Source: the human T2T-CHM13v2.0 reference genome, Homo sapiens
Direction: 5' to 3' (one strand)
DNA length: 64,000 bases
Assembly (NCBI RefSeq): GCF_009914755.1
Contig: NC_060930.1
Shown: positions 48,755 to 62,200 of the stretch, piece by piece
Position numbering within the stretch: the first letter of the stretch is position 1
Layout: each line of letters begins with the position of its first letter
Made by a program: the position numbers and the translations under genes
The notes under the pieces: generated by a model
Databases searched by the model: none
What the model saw: only the letters and a program-made list of their open reading frames with translations
Told to the model about the DNA's origin: nothing

Positions 48755-49140
48755 CAGGTGATGCTGATGCTGGTCCACAGACCACACTTGGGGTAGCAAG
48801 TTGCGAGTGGATCTGTCTCCCTCACTATCTTCTGGATTCCCCGTCTCACTAATCCACCTCTTCTAACTAACACTTACCTCTGTTAATTTTAAGACAATGC
48901 ATCCTCAGTGGGGACAATATCGCCCCCAAGGGGGCAAAAATGTGTGCTTGGTGGGGAGGCAAAAAAAGAGAACTTAATCTTTTGATATAAAAAGTACAGA
49001 TATACATATGTATATAGTGTATATATAGACATATATATACACTATATACATATATAGTATATATACACATATAGTATATCTGTGGTATTAAAATGTATGG
49101 GAGGGTGTGATTAGGAGAAACCCTCCAAAAATGCTTCTAC
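48755..49140. mobile_element. MER5B fragment plus hAT-Charlie (MER119-like) fragment containing a TA-rich microsatellite (~48999-49078)
   Basis: CAGGTGATGCTGATGCTGGTCCACAGACCACACTTG; GCCCCCAAGGGGGCAAAAA...TATCTGTGGTATTAAAAT. Confidence 0.45.
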
Positions 49141-51653
49141 CAAAAATGCTGCCCATGTGCCCCTTCCTAGCTTCCTGTTACCAGTCCCACCCAATTATGT
49201 GAACCACAACTGCCCTGTTTCTGCAGGTTCTTAACACCCCTTTTCTCAGAAGGCACAGTGTCCACCTGCCTGGCCTGTAATCACTGGTTAACTGCAGTCC
49301 CACATAAAACTGACCCGTGAAAGTCCACCTTTAGTGCCCTGATACCTGAGTATAATTATATTTGACATTTTAGTGACAGTCTTAAAGAGAAAGGGTCACA
49401 AATATAGCTGTGAGTGCTAAAGGGCTTGTCCAGTTTACAAAGTGCAGTCACACATGCTGCTGTGCCCTTCCAACAACCCTGGGGGATGACCATTAGCATC
49501 CTGTCTCATCAGTAAGAAAACCAGGCCCCTCTCTCAAATTGGATGTATCCCTCCCGCTACTACACAGATAGGACCCAGTTCAATCACAACCCCTGCCCAG
49601 GCCCCACAGAGCTGTATCCATTCACTTTACCTGGGCCTCACAACATTCCTCTGAGGTCACCCTTGGGGGAGTGGGCAACAGAGTCAAAAAGAGAAGACTG
49701 GGTGCTGGCGGCGGTTGGGGGGGTATTTTACATTCAAACCTCAGACAGGAAAGGGTGGCTGGTGATACTTGTAAAATGCAGAGCCCCACTTCCTGAGCAA
49801 ATGTGCATGGCCATAAAAATCCAAAACAAACAAGAGAAAGGGAGGGAAGCAGGTGCCAGGGCCCCAGAGGTGAAATTTGCTCCTCAACCATCAATTCTCA
49901 AAGTTTTCTGGAGGGCTTTCTGGAGCCTTTTAACAATCAGCTTATGTCTGATGGCATCAAACCCTCCTGGCAGCTCCCTGGACAGGGGGAAGTTGGCTGT
50001 ACTATCCTCCATGTCTCTGAAGAACTCTCTCTCCCTTCCAACCCTCCCTGTTTCCACTGAAGACTCTCCCAGATCTGAAAAGCGGTTTGGGGACTGCCAG
50101 GAAAACATCAGGTCATAATACATCTATTGGGTACATGCTATTATTTTATTTTACCAGGTCAAAACACAAAGACTCACATTGTTAACCAAGATATGGCAGA
50201 GCCAGAATTTGAACCCAGGCCCCCCAAGTTGAGGTTTCATTCCATTATATGACAACTCTATCCCTTCAATAAGTTGGACCCTAAAACTCCACCCCTACCC
50301 AAAGGAAAATCACAAAATACTCAAATTGTTGTTGCTCTTGTTCAGAGTCCAATTCCACTTGGCCATCCCAGGTTGTTTATTGCTATATGTCTCTGCTTCC
50401 AGTCTAGCAGCCTCCCCCATCAGACTGTGAACTCCCTAGATGCTAATATCTACCTTAGGAAAGGGGAGTTTCTGAAAACAATTAATTCCAATTTCACTTC
50501 TCCACTGTCCCTGGGTAGACAGACCCCACGCCAGGAGCTTATAAGCCTCTATACATCCACCCTGCAAAAAAGGAGAGCAGAACCTGCTCAACCCCACAGG
50601 CTGAAGAGGCTTGGCAAACTGGCACTTGGAGGCCAGAATCCCTGTTTTTTTTTTTTCCTTTGGAGCTGAAGCAAAGATAAGAAGAGCAATTCCTCCTTCA
50701 GTCAAAGAAGGACTCAGTTGGCCAGAAGGCTGCCTGGTTTCCCCGGTGGCCCCACCCACTCTGACTGCATTTTCTTCCCATCTATCTTGCTTCTCCTCCT
50801 CAGCCTCACCTCCTGGAAGCTCCCAGCTCACCCTCTCTCAGGCCAGACTCCCCAGCTTCTCACGTTTCTGGGCCTGAGCAAAGAACTGGCACTTCACAGA
50901 AGAAGGAGCCCTGAACCCCAGCCTCCAGCCCACAGCAGGCAGGCACCCAGTTCTTCTAGACAGGAGATGGAACTGGGAGCCAACCTTCCAGAGGCTGAAA
51001 CAGAAATGCCAAGTTTGCTGTTTGCATCCCCAGGATGAGGGCAGGAAGATAAATAATTACATTCCTGGTCAGGAATTAGACCAGAAACTCTAAATTGAGG
51101 GCTGGGCAGGGGGCCTGAGCAGAAGCATGTGAGGAGGCCAGAGGGAGATGCAACTCTGCACTCCCAGCCAGAGTCAGAAGGGAAAGATGACATTCCAGCA
51201 TCAGCAGAAGGGCCCAGGCAGCTGGCATGGTCGGCGGAGGATGACGGCTCCAAGTGCAGGCCTTTTGGAGCTTCTGAATCCTCCCTACAGGACTCTGACC
51301 CCCTTCAGCCTCTGATGTACCCCACAAGGAAATGACACTACCCTCAGGGCTCTGCTGTGTGTGGCTATATAAAGCTCCTGCCAGAGGGCAGCGACCAGAC
51401 CAGGGCACAACCCCAAGACCTAGTTCCCTTGCTCCCCACCTTGAGTTCCAAATCGGCCCCCACACAAGAATAACAGCCCACATAGAACCTCTAGCCCTGG
51501 CCCCTGGGAACTTCACAGCCCAGGGAATGGCAGTTTCCTCCCTAGCTTTGCTCCTCCCCAGCAGCAAGGGGTCAAATTCCTGAAGCTTCCCCCTCCCCCA
51601 GTACTAGAAGGCCAATCAGGCCATGGAGGCCACAGCTGCCACCTCCCTGAAAC

Positions 51654-51707
51654 ATACACATGCGTACACACACACACGCGTACACACACACACACACACA
51701 CACACAC
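51654..51707 (+). repeat. (CA)n microsatellite
   Basis: Seen directly. Confidence 0.95.
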
Positions 51708-52771
51708 TCCATTGTGGCCAGGGGAGGGGGTCATCATCTATAGCCATGCCTGTAACTCCAACTCAAGAGTGCAGGCTCTGACATGTTCCCTGTCCCTGCA
51801 GGTGTCTGTCCGTCTGCAGCTGTCTGCTGTCGCCGGGTGCATTTGGCAACAGTCTGGCTCAGTCCCTCTGCGGTCTCCACTCAGGCTCTCTTCTCCCTCC
51901 TGCTCTGGTTTTCAGAGGCTCTATCTCCCTAGAACTCTCTGTCTCTGTCCTTTGTACCGGGCTGATGGGAAGACGAGTAGGACACCTCCCTCAGAAGGTC
52001 TGTGCAAAGTAAGGCACTGTCCACCTCGGAACGGTCTACTGCTCTCCCTCCTCCCTGCCCAGGCCAACCTTAGAACCAGGGCAGGGCTGGGTGGGAGACA
52101 GAGACCTAGGAACCCAGGCATGGCTAATGCCACTTTCCATATTGCTTCATCATGCCATTCTGATGCCCCAAGCTGCACACACACACAATCCCCCTGATCT
52201 GCTTTCTGCCTGAGGCCAGCATAGGGTCCCTGAACCTGCCCTACCTGCCCCCACAAACTGCAACCATGCCTTCCTTCCTCCCATCCGCTCTGCATCAACC
52301 CTTCCGCACTTGGCTTTACCCCACCCCACCCAGTCCACAGAGCTCAGGGAGTCCCCGGCGCCCCCACCTAGCCCCCAGCAATGGCTCTAGCCAGGCCTTG
52401 CATGTGCGGAGATGCAACAGAGTGGTCTGGCGGCAAAGTTCTCCTGCTGTTTTCAACGGTTCCATCCACCCGTGGCTCCCCGTCTCTCCATCCGGCTCTC
52501 CAGTCTCACATGGACCCGGCTCTCCCCGCTCCCCGCCAGAGTTTCACCCCCACTGTAGGAAATAAAGACTAAAGAAAGGAAAGGAAATCTCTCGCGATAA
52601 GGATGGGCGAAAAGAGAAGGGGGTGTCCGCATGAGCACCTAGGATGCGGGGAGTCTTCAAGAGAAAAAGAAAGGGATGCAAAGTTCCCGGTTCCCTCGGG
52701 TGCGTTCAGCCCCGCGCCGAGCTCCCGCGGACACCCGGGATCGCAAAGACGCAGCGCCGGCGACCACTCAC

Positions 52772-53310
52772 CTGGGCGAGGCAGCATCTACCCCCGGCTG
52801 GGTGGCACCGAGGCCGGCTCCGCGGGGCGCCCGGGCTCCCCGGCTCGGCCACGCATCCTTCCCCGCCCGAGACAGACTCGAGCTAAACCCTCCGGCGGCT
52901 CCGGCGAATGCAGGCAGATGGTGGCCTCGGACGTCCACGCGGGGAAAGCCCTGAGCCGCTTATTCAGTTATATCCATGGCATTTAGCAAGAAGAAGGGGG
53001 GAAAAGCACAACTTGTTCTCTTCTCTTCCAGATTAAAGAAAAATAATAATAATAATCCCTCCCTAGGAGGATGCCGGTAGGATTTTCCGGATCGAAGAAC
53101 CCCAGGCATTCCCAGGAACCTCGGGCATCTTGGAATGTGGGGTGTCTTCAAGTTCAGACGAGCCTGCCGGGTTGTGTATGTGTGAGTGTATGTGTGTCTC
53201 AGCGAGAGGGAGCCAGGCACTCACACCCACACGCACACACAAACACACTCCCCCGTACTCCCCGCATGCACACTGCCCCCCACGCGCGCGCGCATACGCG
53301 CGTACCCGGT
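52772..53310 (-). other. LRFN2: Non-coding first (5' UTR) exon of a minus-strand gene, probably LRFN2/SALM1; TSS position approximate
   Basis: Lies inside the CpG island and ends at a consensus donor CCCAG|GTGAGT (exon last base 52772). No long ORF. The minus-strand text GCCTGGCTCCCTCTCGCTGAGACACACATACAC...GATGCTGCCTCGCCCAG matches my recollection of the LRFN2 mRNA leader; not verified by alignment. Confidence 0.72.
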
Positions 53311-53369
53311 TTCTCTCTCCGCTCCACACACACACACACACACACACGCACACACACACACACACACAC
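53281..53369 (+). repeat. (CG)n-rich alternating run and (CA)n at the promoter
   Basis: CACGCGCGCGCGCATACGCGCGTAC at 53281-53305; (CA)n at 53325-53369. Confidence 0.95.
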
Positions 53370-54049
53370 GGATCACACGCTCCAATCTGGGAGGGAGTCG
53401 GGCGGGCTGCGGAGACAGCGCAGGGCCAGCAGTGGAGAAAACCCAGCGGCCAGAGGCGCCCAGGAACCCGGCGGCCGTGCGCACCGTCCCCGCCGAGCTC
53501 TCCGGCGCGGCAGCCCCCAGTGGCGAACCGCGGAGCTGCAGGAGCCGAAGGCAGCCTCTGCGCCCGCTGCCCTGCCCGCTGCCGAGCGCACCCGCTTCCG
53601 AGACGACCAACACCGCCGCGGAAACCAGAGGGATTCACGGTCCTGGCAGGGGTGGCGCGGGGACGCACGGTGGGGCGGGAGTGGGCTGGGGCCGCAGTCG
53701 CGGAGGGAGGTGGGCAGGCCGCGAGCCCCGGAACCGGGAGGGCGGTCTCCGCGGTCCAGAGGCACGGGCAGCCCCTGCGGAAGGCGAGCCGGGCGGCCAG
53801 GGCTGCACCTCTGCAGCTGGCGACGGCGCTGCCACCTCACGTGCCTAGCGCGCCCTGCAGCCGTCAGCCCGCCGCCTGCTGGAGGAAAACCCGACCGCGC
53901 CGGCCCTAGGCTGGGAGTGGGGGCTGGGGCGATCGCGCCCACCCAGTCCTGGGGCCCAGTTCAGATTCTCGAATCCTGGTAAGGGACCTATGAATAACGA
54001 GCGCCCCGTGCACGCACACACACGCACTTTGACTTTTCATGATTATTAC

Positions 54050-54240
54050 AAGAATCAGTGAAGGGTGCAGTGGCGCCAAGTGTTTGCACAGCATCTTTAC
54101 AACTCTTCACTTGTTTGATCTTCTCAGCAACCCTCATTTGATGTATAAGGAAACTGAGGCCCAAAAGAGTAAAGTGACTTGTCCAAGGCATGTGGTAGGT
54201 AGCGGAGACCCTACTCAAAGCAGACTGTGAGCTCACAGTC
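54050..54240 (-). mobile_element. MIR at the upstream edge of the CpG island
   Basis: AAGGAAACTGAGGCCCAAAAGAGTAAAGTGACTTGTCCAAGG. Confidence 0.7.
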
Positions 54241-55859
54241 AGAACACCCAGGTCTGGCCAAGGTCTCGTCTTTGGTTATCCTCTCGGTTCACTATAAACA
54301 ACTAGTTACCAGAAAGGTAGGACCGTCCTCTGCCTTACTGGACTCCCCAAGAGGCATTTCCTTCCTTCTAAAGGAAATGAAATTTTGAGATTCCTGTTGG
54401 TACTCCAGCTGGTAAATCCAGGGGCAGGAAGAATGTCAATGTTGCAGTCCTTCTCTTCTCTCCTGGTGGCTAACACATCCCGTGCACCTGTCCCGGTTAC
54501 CCACAGGGAGGCACATGTTGCATGTGGATGTGTCTCTGCAGCCCAGGATTGGCTCGGCTGGATACATCTGTAACATACGACCCTGTGTCCTCTCTACACA
54601 CATGCATAACTGCAGAAGCCGAGGCAGCTGGTCCTCATGTGTGCACCCTCCACATGTGCACCCCGGGAAACTGCCAAACTGGCATGCTGCATATCCTTGA
54701 AGACAAGCCTCTCCCTGCAGGAATTCTGGAAAGCCTGGTGGGGGAGGGGCATGGCCAAGATGAAACTCAAGGTATATGGGGTGGGCCTTGGAGAGAAGGG
54801 ATCTAACTCAGGAGCAGGGAGTGAGGGATAGAGGTAGGGAAGAGTCATGAGAAGGAAAGTAATGAGGAAGGAAGAGGTGAGTAAAAGGAGGTGTGGAGTA
54901 GAAACTGGGGAGGGCAAGTAGGGAAGAGGAAGGGGAAGGGAAGAAGGAGGGGAGAACAGCAGGGAAACTGCCTTACTCTTTGCTTACCTGAGGGCTTGCC
55001 TACTATTGGCGGGAGCTCCCAGGAAGAAAGGCTTAGGAAGAACCACAGCCTGGGCTCAAGCCTTTGAATTCTCCCAAGGGTTGGGGGCAGTGGGCTAGGT
55101 TATCTCCCCTAACCCTCAGTCACCCATGAGACAACCAGAACGGAGTGGCAGGGATAGGACCAAGCTGGCACCAGAGTAGAAATGGAGCTGCTTTTAGAAA
55201 CCAGAAAAGCATTAGAATGATGTGAATGAGGGATATAGGAAGGATGGATCAATCTCTGCTCTAGAGTGAACCCAATACTCCATCAAGAAGTTTTCTCAAG
55301 TCAGAAACATGGATATTCCATGAAGAGCCAAGACCTGGGTCATTGGTAATTCTGAGAATTACTGGTTTATTTTTCTAATTACATTTGCCCCAACATAACC
55401 TGAGTACTGTGCTGGGGCACAGGTGGCCTGGATGCTCACCATGGCTTTGTATTAACAAGCAATGTGACAAGTCCCTTTTCCTCAAAGGGTTTGGACTGTG
55501 CATTTGCTAAGAGCCTTTCCAGCTCTGGGAACCCCCAAGCAACCTTGACAGATGGAGCAGGATGGGGACCACATACATCTTGAGAGGCCAAGAGAACACC
55601 AATCTACAGTCACCGTTTACCATGAAAATCCCCAGAAGATAATCCACACTTGGATCATGAAAAGGTGAAAGATGGTGGATTTCTTGGCTCCTCGAACAAG
55701 CCCACAAGGACTGAGTTAGGGTCACTAACGTGGCACCTGGCTTCCTGTACTGGTTACTTACCTCAGAGTTGAGCCAGGGCTTCCCAAAGAGGTGATCCCA
55801 TCATTCCAGAAGGGGTTGGGGAGTGAAAGCCATTTTAATAATGGGCATTTTGATTCTTC

Positions 55860-56010
55860 TTCGTGTTCATTCTGCTAAATAACCCTGTGATGAACATCTT
55901 TGTACCTAAGTCTTTCCCCACATTCTTGTTTTTGTGCTTAAGCTAGACTCCCTGAAGTAGAATCACTGGGCTGGAGGGTATGAACATTTTTAAGGTTCTT
56001 TGTACATACT
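55860..56010 (-). mobile_element. Old L1M fragment
   Basis: TGATGAACATCTTTGTAC...GTAGAATCACTGGG...GGGTATGAACATTTTTAAGG. Confidence 0.55.
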
Positions 56011-57376
56011 TTTTTTTGTTTCAGTTTTAGAGCCAAGGCACTGAAGTGCAGGGCAGATAAATGATTTCCCAGAGAGCTCCCAGCAGGTGCTTAGGGATAT
56101 TTTCACACACCCTTTCATGTCTCGATGTGGTAGAGAATGACTGTGCCTTGTGCTTTAGGCTGCACATCAAGGCAGCACTCCATCCTTGAATATAACTTCA
56201 ATACCCCCAGTAAGAAGAAAGTTTGGGCTCCCTGCCACTCCCAATCAGGACTCGCCTTCCCCTGCAGGCCATGCCTGCTCTCCTTGACACCCCTAACCAG
56301 CCTTACCCTGTTGTCTGTATCTCTTGGTTTGTTCACTGGACTATAAACCCCAGACCCCTTGGCACACTTCTGGGCACATGGTTGGCTCCCAACCCTCACT
56401 GGCTAAATGGAATCACAGTGTCTGATCAGAAGAGTTCCCAGGAGGGTTTGAGGTAGAGAGGCACTCAGCCTGAAGAGAAGGCTGATTTGGCCTAGGCCTT
56501 TATAACCAATGAAAAGACGCCTTTGCAATGGATGATGGTGAGTCTCTCTTCTCTGTATTCACTGAGTATGAAAAGGAGAGGAGACTGGCTTTTTGCAGTG
56601 AAGTATTCTGGTTTGATGACAGGACAGAGCCCGGTGAAGCTATGGAATCCCAGGGTAGGGACCATTGAACCTGCTTCACTAAAGAAGGGGTGCAGTCTGT
56701 AATCCCAGGGTGTGCTAGATACACTTCTTAGAGTTTCCCTTGGCTCACTGTGGCCTGAAGAGTGACTTTGTGGGCTGGGGAATAAGAAAGATCCTGGACA
56801 GTTTCATAAGGTCTTGGGATCTCCCTCCACTGAGTCTATTCCATGGACTGGATGCTGGGAGCCACTCCTGAATTAGCACCTCGTTCACTGAGCTTCCCCC
56901 AGGACCAACAGCCAGCCCAACCCCAGTTTATCCACAGGCCTCAGCCTTAGCCTCACAGAACTTGGACAAATGCATCCTCAGGAGCTGAGGGCCCAGCACC
57001 AGGGTGCCCTATCTGGAGATGAAGGGTGACGTCTTTTATTTCTGCAGTGTCTTCTACCTCTCCTCCCTTCCCAAATGCTGGATTAAGAAGAAGCCAAAAT
57101 AAATTCTTATTAGTATGCATATGTATTCCCAAATTCCTTAACAGAATGACTAACACCACCTACAGCCATTAGCTCTGGTTTGTTTTCTAAATCCAGTTTA
57201 CTTTTCATCATTCAGCCCTCTGTTTACCTCTTCCCCTCCCCTAGGCCCAAGGGACTCCCTTCACAGACTCACCCTTTTGCCCAAATACCAGGTCTGGGAG
57301 TAGGTTCCTGATGCATCAAAGGATCAGACAATACAGAGAAATCATAATCAATCAAAATAGAGGTGCTTACTGAGTA

Positions 57377-57684
57377 TTTTTTGTTTGTTTGTTTGTTTGT
57401 TTGAGATGGAGTCTCTTTCTGTTGCCTAGGCTGGAGTACAGTGGCATGATCTCGGCTCAGTGCAACCTCTGCCACCCAGGTTCAAGCAATTCTCCTGCCT
57501 CAGCCTCCGGGGTAGCTGAGATTATGGGCATCCGCCACCAAGTCTGGCTAATTTTTGTATTTTTAGTAGAGATGGGGTTTCACCATGTTGGCCAGGCTGG
57601 TCTCGAACTCCTGACCTCAAATGACCCACCCGCCTCAGCTTCCCAAAGTGCTGGGATTACAGGCATAAGCCACTGTGCCCGGGC
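57377..57684 (-). mobile_element. Alu (AluS), full length
   Basis: (TTTG)n tail followed by reverse-complement Alu. Confidence 0.95.
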
Positions 57685-59259
57685 TTTGCTGAATATCATT
57701 TATGTACCTCCTAGCATTTTGTTAAATACTGTACAGGAGAAGAGAAAGAAGGAGAAGGCAGAGTTTCCTCCTGGAGAGAAAAGACACACCAATGCTGGCA
57801 CCATGACTTACAGTCTATAAAGAGCATTCCCAAATATTACCTCCCTTTTTCATCACAACAATCTCATGAAATAGATCATTATCCCCATTTTACAAACAAA
57901 GACACTGAGTCCCAGATAGGTTAAACCTGACGGCTCCAGGCATTTAGAGCTATTGACTGATGGCACTGTATTTCAAACCAAATCTTTTGACTCCACATCC
58001 CAGGCTCCTTCCTGTGAACAAGACACCCTCTCTAATGCTAGCCTTGATGCCACTAAATGGTGAATTACCTGGTGCAGCCTGAAGTGCAGTAGACATGTGG
58101 CAAAGAGAAGGACAAGGTGTCCAGGGCCACACTGACAGACACACAGAGCTAGGATATTCTAGAATTCAGGACAGTGAGGTAGAAAGAGCACCAGAAGGGA
58201 AGATAGAGGAGCAGATTCTGGTTCTTTAGTGTGACCTGGGGCAACTTTTCCTTTCTCTGGGCCTCATTTTCTCCATCTCTAAAATGAATCTGGGATAAAT
58301 GGTCTTTGGGATTTAATGAAAAGTAATAAAGAAAGCCACTCAATGACGAACTGAAGACAGCAGATGCCACTGACTTCCCTGGCTTTCTACCTCCTGCCAG
58401 GGAAATTCCTAAACCTTAAGGGTGGTATTGAAGTGGAGAACACTATGGGTTGTGGCAAGTGCTCAGGTGCATCTGGGAAGCATCACAGCCCTTAGTGCCC
58501 CAGGGCTTCACTGGGCCACCCTGTCCCCCAGCTCAATTTCCTCTCTTGCCATAAGGCATTTAACAGTAAGAGTGCCAGGACTGTAGGCCAGCCACTCCTC
58601 TCTGTCCTGGATGAGGATTATTGTATTTAATTCTCAAAAAACTCTAGCAGGTAGAGTTATTATTCCCATTTTACAGATCTGGAACCTAAGACACAGAGAG
58701 GCTCAGTAACTTGCTAGGCCAGTGAGTTGGCAGGTGGCAAGGCCACAATTCTAATCTTGACACTCTAACTTTAGAGCGTGTTACAGAACTGACTGGTTGA
58801 GAAGTAAACTTGTTAAAGGAGAAAGAATAAAAGGAAAACCACTATCTCAGTCTCCAAACTGGACAGGGCAAATCCCCCTCTTTTCATACCAGCTCTCACT
58901 CCCTTCCTTTACCTCTCCCTGACTCCCTTTATGTATTGTTGAAACATATAGTCATAGTGTATGGTTTTTTTTATAATCCAGTCAACTGCAGAAGCACAGC
59001 TATTGTCATTTATGTCCCTGCCTTAACATCCTTCACCCAAGAGATTTATCGCAGCAGGAATTGACTGACTACAGAATTCTTTCCATTCCTTAATCAAGTC
59101 CTTGGCTTTCCTCTCAAAGGGATGTGGAGAATGGAGCAGAAACCAACTCATGTCTGCAAAACAGTAATTCCATTTAATCTAATAAAACTGCCTTTGTGGG
59201 TTCCATGTGAAAAGGACAGGGCAGGATTAAGGGAAAGTTAAGCTGTGGCCCCATCCTCC

Positions 59260-62200
59260 ACTCTGGAAGAGCTGATCAGCTGTGTGTTCAAAAGGCTGTC
59301 ATATAAGAGAATAAGGTAAAAACAGAAAGTTTGAGGAAATTCTGTATTTCAAAAAGAGGAAGATCACCTCAGAGCAGAGAAGACAAGACTTCAAGGAGTC
59401 TTGAAGGTGGATGACACTTGAAGGATGGTTAGCATTTTGGTAGGTAAAGCGATGAGAAAAACGTATAGTCCAGGCAAAGGCAAGGTGGCAGGACAGTAAG
59501 GCAGCTTTGGGGGCATGAGGAGTTTTCTGGCATGACCAAATCCCAGGGCAGAAGAAGGCCTAGAGGTCAGGAGTGTGGGCCCTGATACAGTCTCTGGGTT
59601 TAAATTCAAGTCCCCCACCTCTAAGGGCAGTTACTTAAGGCCAACTACAGAACCTCTCTCTGCCTCCGTTACTTCCTCAGTAAAGCAAAAATAACAGCGA
59701 CTATGTCACAGGGTGGATGAGAGGATTAAATGGCGTGAATGACTTTAGAATATTGAGTGGCTCATAGTAAATTTTCAAGAAGTGTTAGTTGTTGTTTTAC
59801 CGTGATTCTTACTAAGAACATAGTGGGAAGTAAGAGTGCAGAGTTGGTTGACACTACCTTGAAGACAAAGGCAATGTGTCTAGATTCCTTTCTGCAAGTA
59901 AATGGGCAACACTGCAGGGTTTTGAACAGATCTATGCAGGGGTTCCATGGGTGCACTCCTAGAAGAAAGAACTGAAGAAAAGGAAAACAGTTATAAGTTA
60001 ATTGCAAGAGCCCAGGTAAAGGGGAAAAACAGGGTCATCTCCAGGGCTATCGTGCTAACAATAGAAAGAGGTGAGTGTCAGAAGTAGAATGGACTAGAGC
60101 CTAGAGGTGATCAGGTCTGGGGAAGAAGAGAGTGTGGTCAAAGCCACTTTATAAAATAAAGCCCACTGGGCTGGATGAATGGTTGGTATCCTTTGGAAAG
60201 ACTTGGAAGATGAGGGAAAGGAGGGGGAGATGAGAGAAACTAGGGGAAGAGGTAGAGAATAATGAGTTCCACATCAGATGTGTGGAGCTAGAGAGCTCAG
60301 GAATACGCAGATCCTCTTGCCCCGAGCATAATTCAACAAATGGGTCTGTAACAAATGGTCAGGGGTAGAATGGAGGCAAAGGTCATATAAATGGAGAAAA
60401 TCCACAGGGAGAAAATGTAGGGTGAGAGGGAGGTGGGGATTAGGAACCTAAACTTACTCAGCTTACCTCCATACATGGTCCTGTGCTAACTCTTTTACTC
60501 ATATGATCTGTGATCCTTCCTGCAAGCAGAAATTGGTTAGCCCATTTTGTGGATAAGGAGACTGTGGCTCAACAAGGTTACAGTCACTCTGCCAGTTAGG
60601 GTAGCCAGGTAAGGAAACAGAGAATCTCACAGAGGAATCAAGGAAGAAAGGGGCCTTGGAGCTTTACTTCACAAATATTCCATGCCAAGGCTCACATAGA
60701 AAATGGTATTTATATGGCATATGGAGGATAAATAGAGAGGCTGCTTTTCACCAAAGATGATTTGCCCTCCAAACTCCCCTGACTCCACGTGGCTGGTCCT
60801 AGTACTAAAGGAATGATTTCAGCACAGCAATATGCAGTGGTGATATTAACAATATCTAACAATTGGTACAACCCAGGTACCAACCAGCAAGAGCAGAAGC
60901 CCCGTGCCACACCAAACATCATTCTGTCTCTGCTACATAATGAGGAGGTCCATCTCGGGGTCCTGGAACAAGGGCTTGGGTAGCCAGGTGGGGGAAAGGG
61001 ACACGTAAGGTGCTCGGGCAGTGAGACAGAAGTATTTCTGTATTTTAATCACCCATATGTCTGAATGGCTCATCACAGCCCAGCCTGGGACCAGTCTGCA
61101 GCACACTCGTGAGCCATACACACCAGCTGGACCCCTGGCTCTGAATCTGGTTAAATAATGTATGTGACCTGGCAGATGAGTAGGTCTAGGAGGATGGGGA
61201 CTGGCGAAGCAGAGCTGCTAGGTTTGGCAATTTGAAGGTCATTGGTGGCCTTTAAGAGAGCAATTTTTGCGGAGTTATGGGTGTGGAAACCAGATTGCTA
61301 GTGGTTGGGACTGAGTGGGAGGTGAGGAAGTAGAGGCGGTGAGCGTATAATACTTTTTTGAGAAGTTTAGCTGTGAAAGGAGGGTGGAAGGTGGGATGGG
61401 AGCTCAGGAGAAATCAGAGTAAAGGAAAGACTTTCTTGGGGGTGGGAGACATTTGGGTGTAAGCCAGGGTGAAGCAGCCAGTGTAGAGAGGGAACAAGGG
61501 AAAGATGCTCTTCGGGAGGAGCAGGGAGGGTTCAGGCATGAACCCTAGCAGGAAGAAATGGTCCTTCTTTCTCAGAGACCAGAGGCAATAAACAAAGCAT
61601 CAGGAGATGACAGAGACATTTCGAGGTGAAGAGAAGTAAAATATGGTCTGGATCTTGCAAGTTGAGAGATACAGGTTGAGGAATTGGGATTCGAGGGAGA
61701 AAGAAGGTTGGTGCAGCCCCTTGGGATGAGATTGGCAGTCGGCCAGAGGATGAACATAGATATTTCAGGCAGAAGGGCGGCCTGTGGTTTTCATTATGTT
61801 GTGGTGGAAACTCAGCGAGGTTGTGGGACTTTGTCCTGCAATTTGCCAACTTGGAAACAACAGAAAGGACCAACATGCATGTGCTCTAGGATTTGGGGTT
61901 AGTCAGGAGGGATGGGGATGTATCGAATGTGCAGTGAACTGAGGGTCTTATAAAAGATGGATTGTAGGGTCCTGGGTCAGTAAGTGACTAAGAATAGTCA
62001 GGGAATATTGGACAAGGAGTCAGTGGGCTTGCTCTGAAAAAGAACTGGGGATTCAGTAGACATTGAGTGAGAGATGGAAGGATAGGAATTTGTGGCTGGA
62101 GCAAAGGAGAAAGTGGAGCCCCAGGTTTTGAGGATTGTGTTGAATGCTGCCTGTTTGCAAGAGACCCATACCTGCGTTTTCCTACTCCCCACTGTGCCAC

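Larger units (their letters stand above)
52590..54030. promoter_or_regulatory. CpG island promoter
   Basis: Abrupt rise in GC content and CpG density. GC boxes GGGGCGGG (~53400, 53672), E-box CACGTG (53838), EGR-like GCGTGGGGG on the minus strand (~53277-53285). Confidence 0.92.

Noticed and set aside
51365-51375. TATATAAAG box on the plus strand
   Set aside because: Isolated motif with no supporting promoter context.
53063-53982. Long overlapping ORFs (201-303 aa) across the CpG island
   Set aside because: Open in most frames on both strands because GC-rich DNA lacks stops. They include (HT)n/(CV)n microsatellite translations and no recognisable domain.
54983-55765. Consensus minus-strand donors upstream of the island (CAG|GTAAGC at 54987; GAG|GTAAGT near 55761)
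   Set aside because: No associated promoter or acceptor evidence; isolated donors are frequent by chance.
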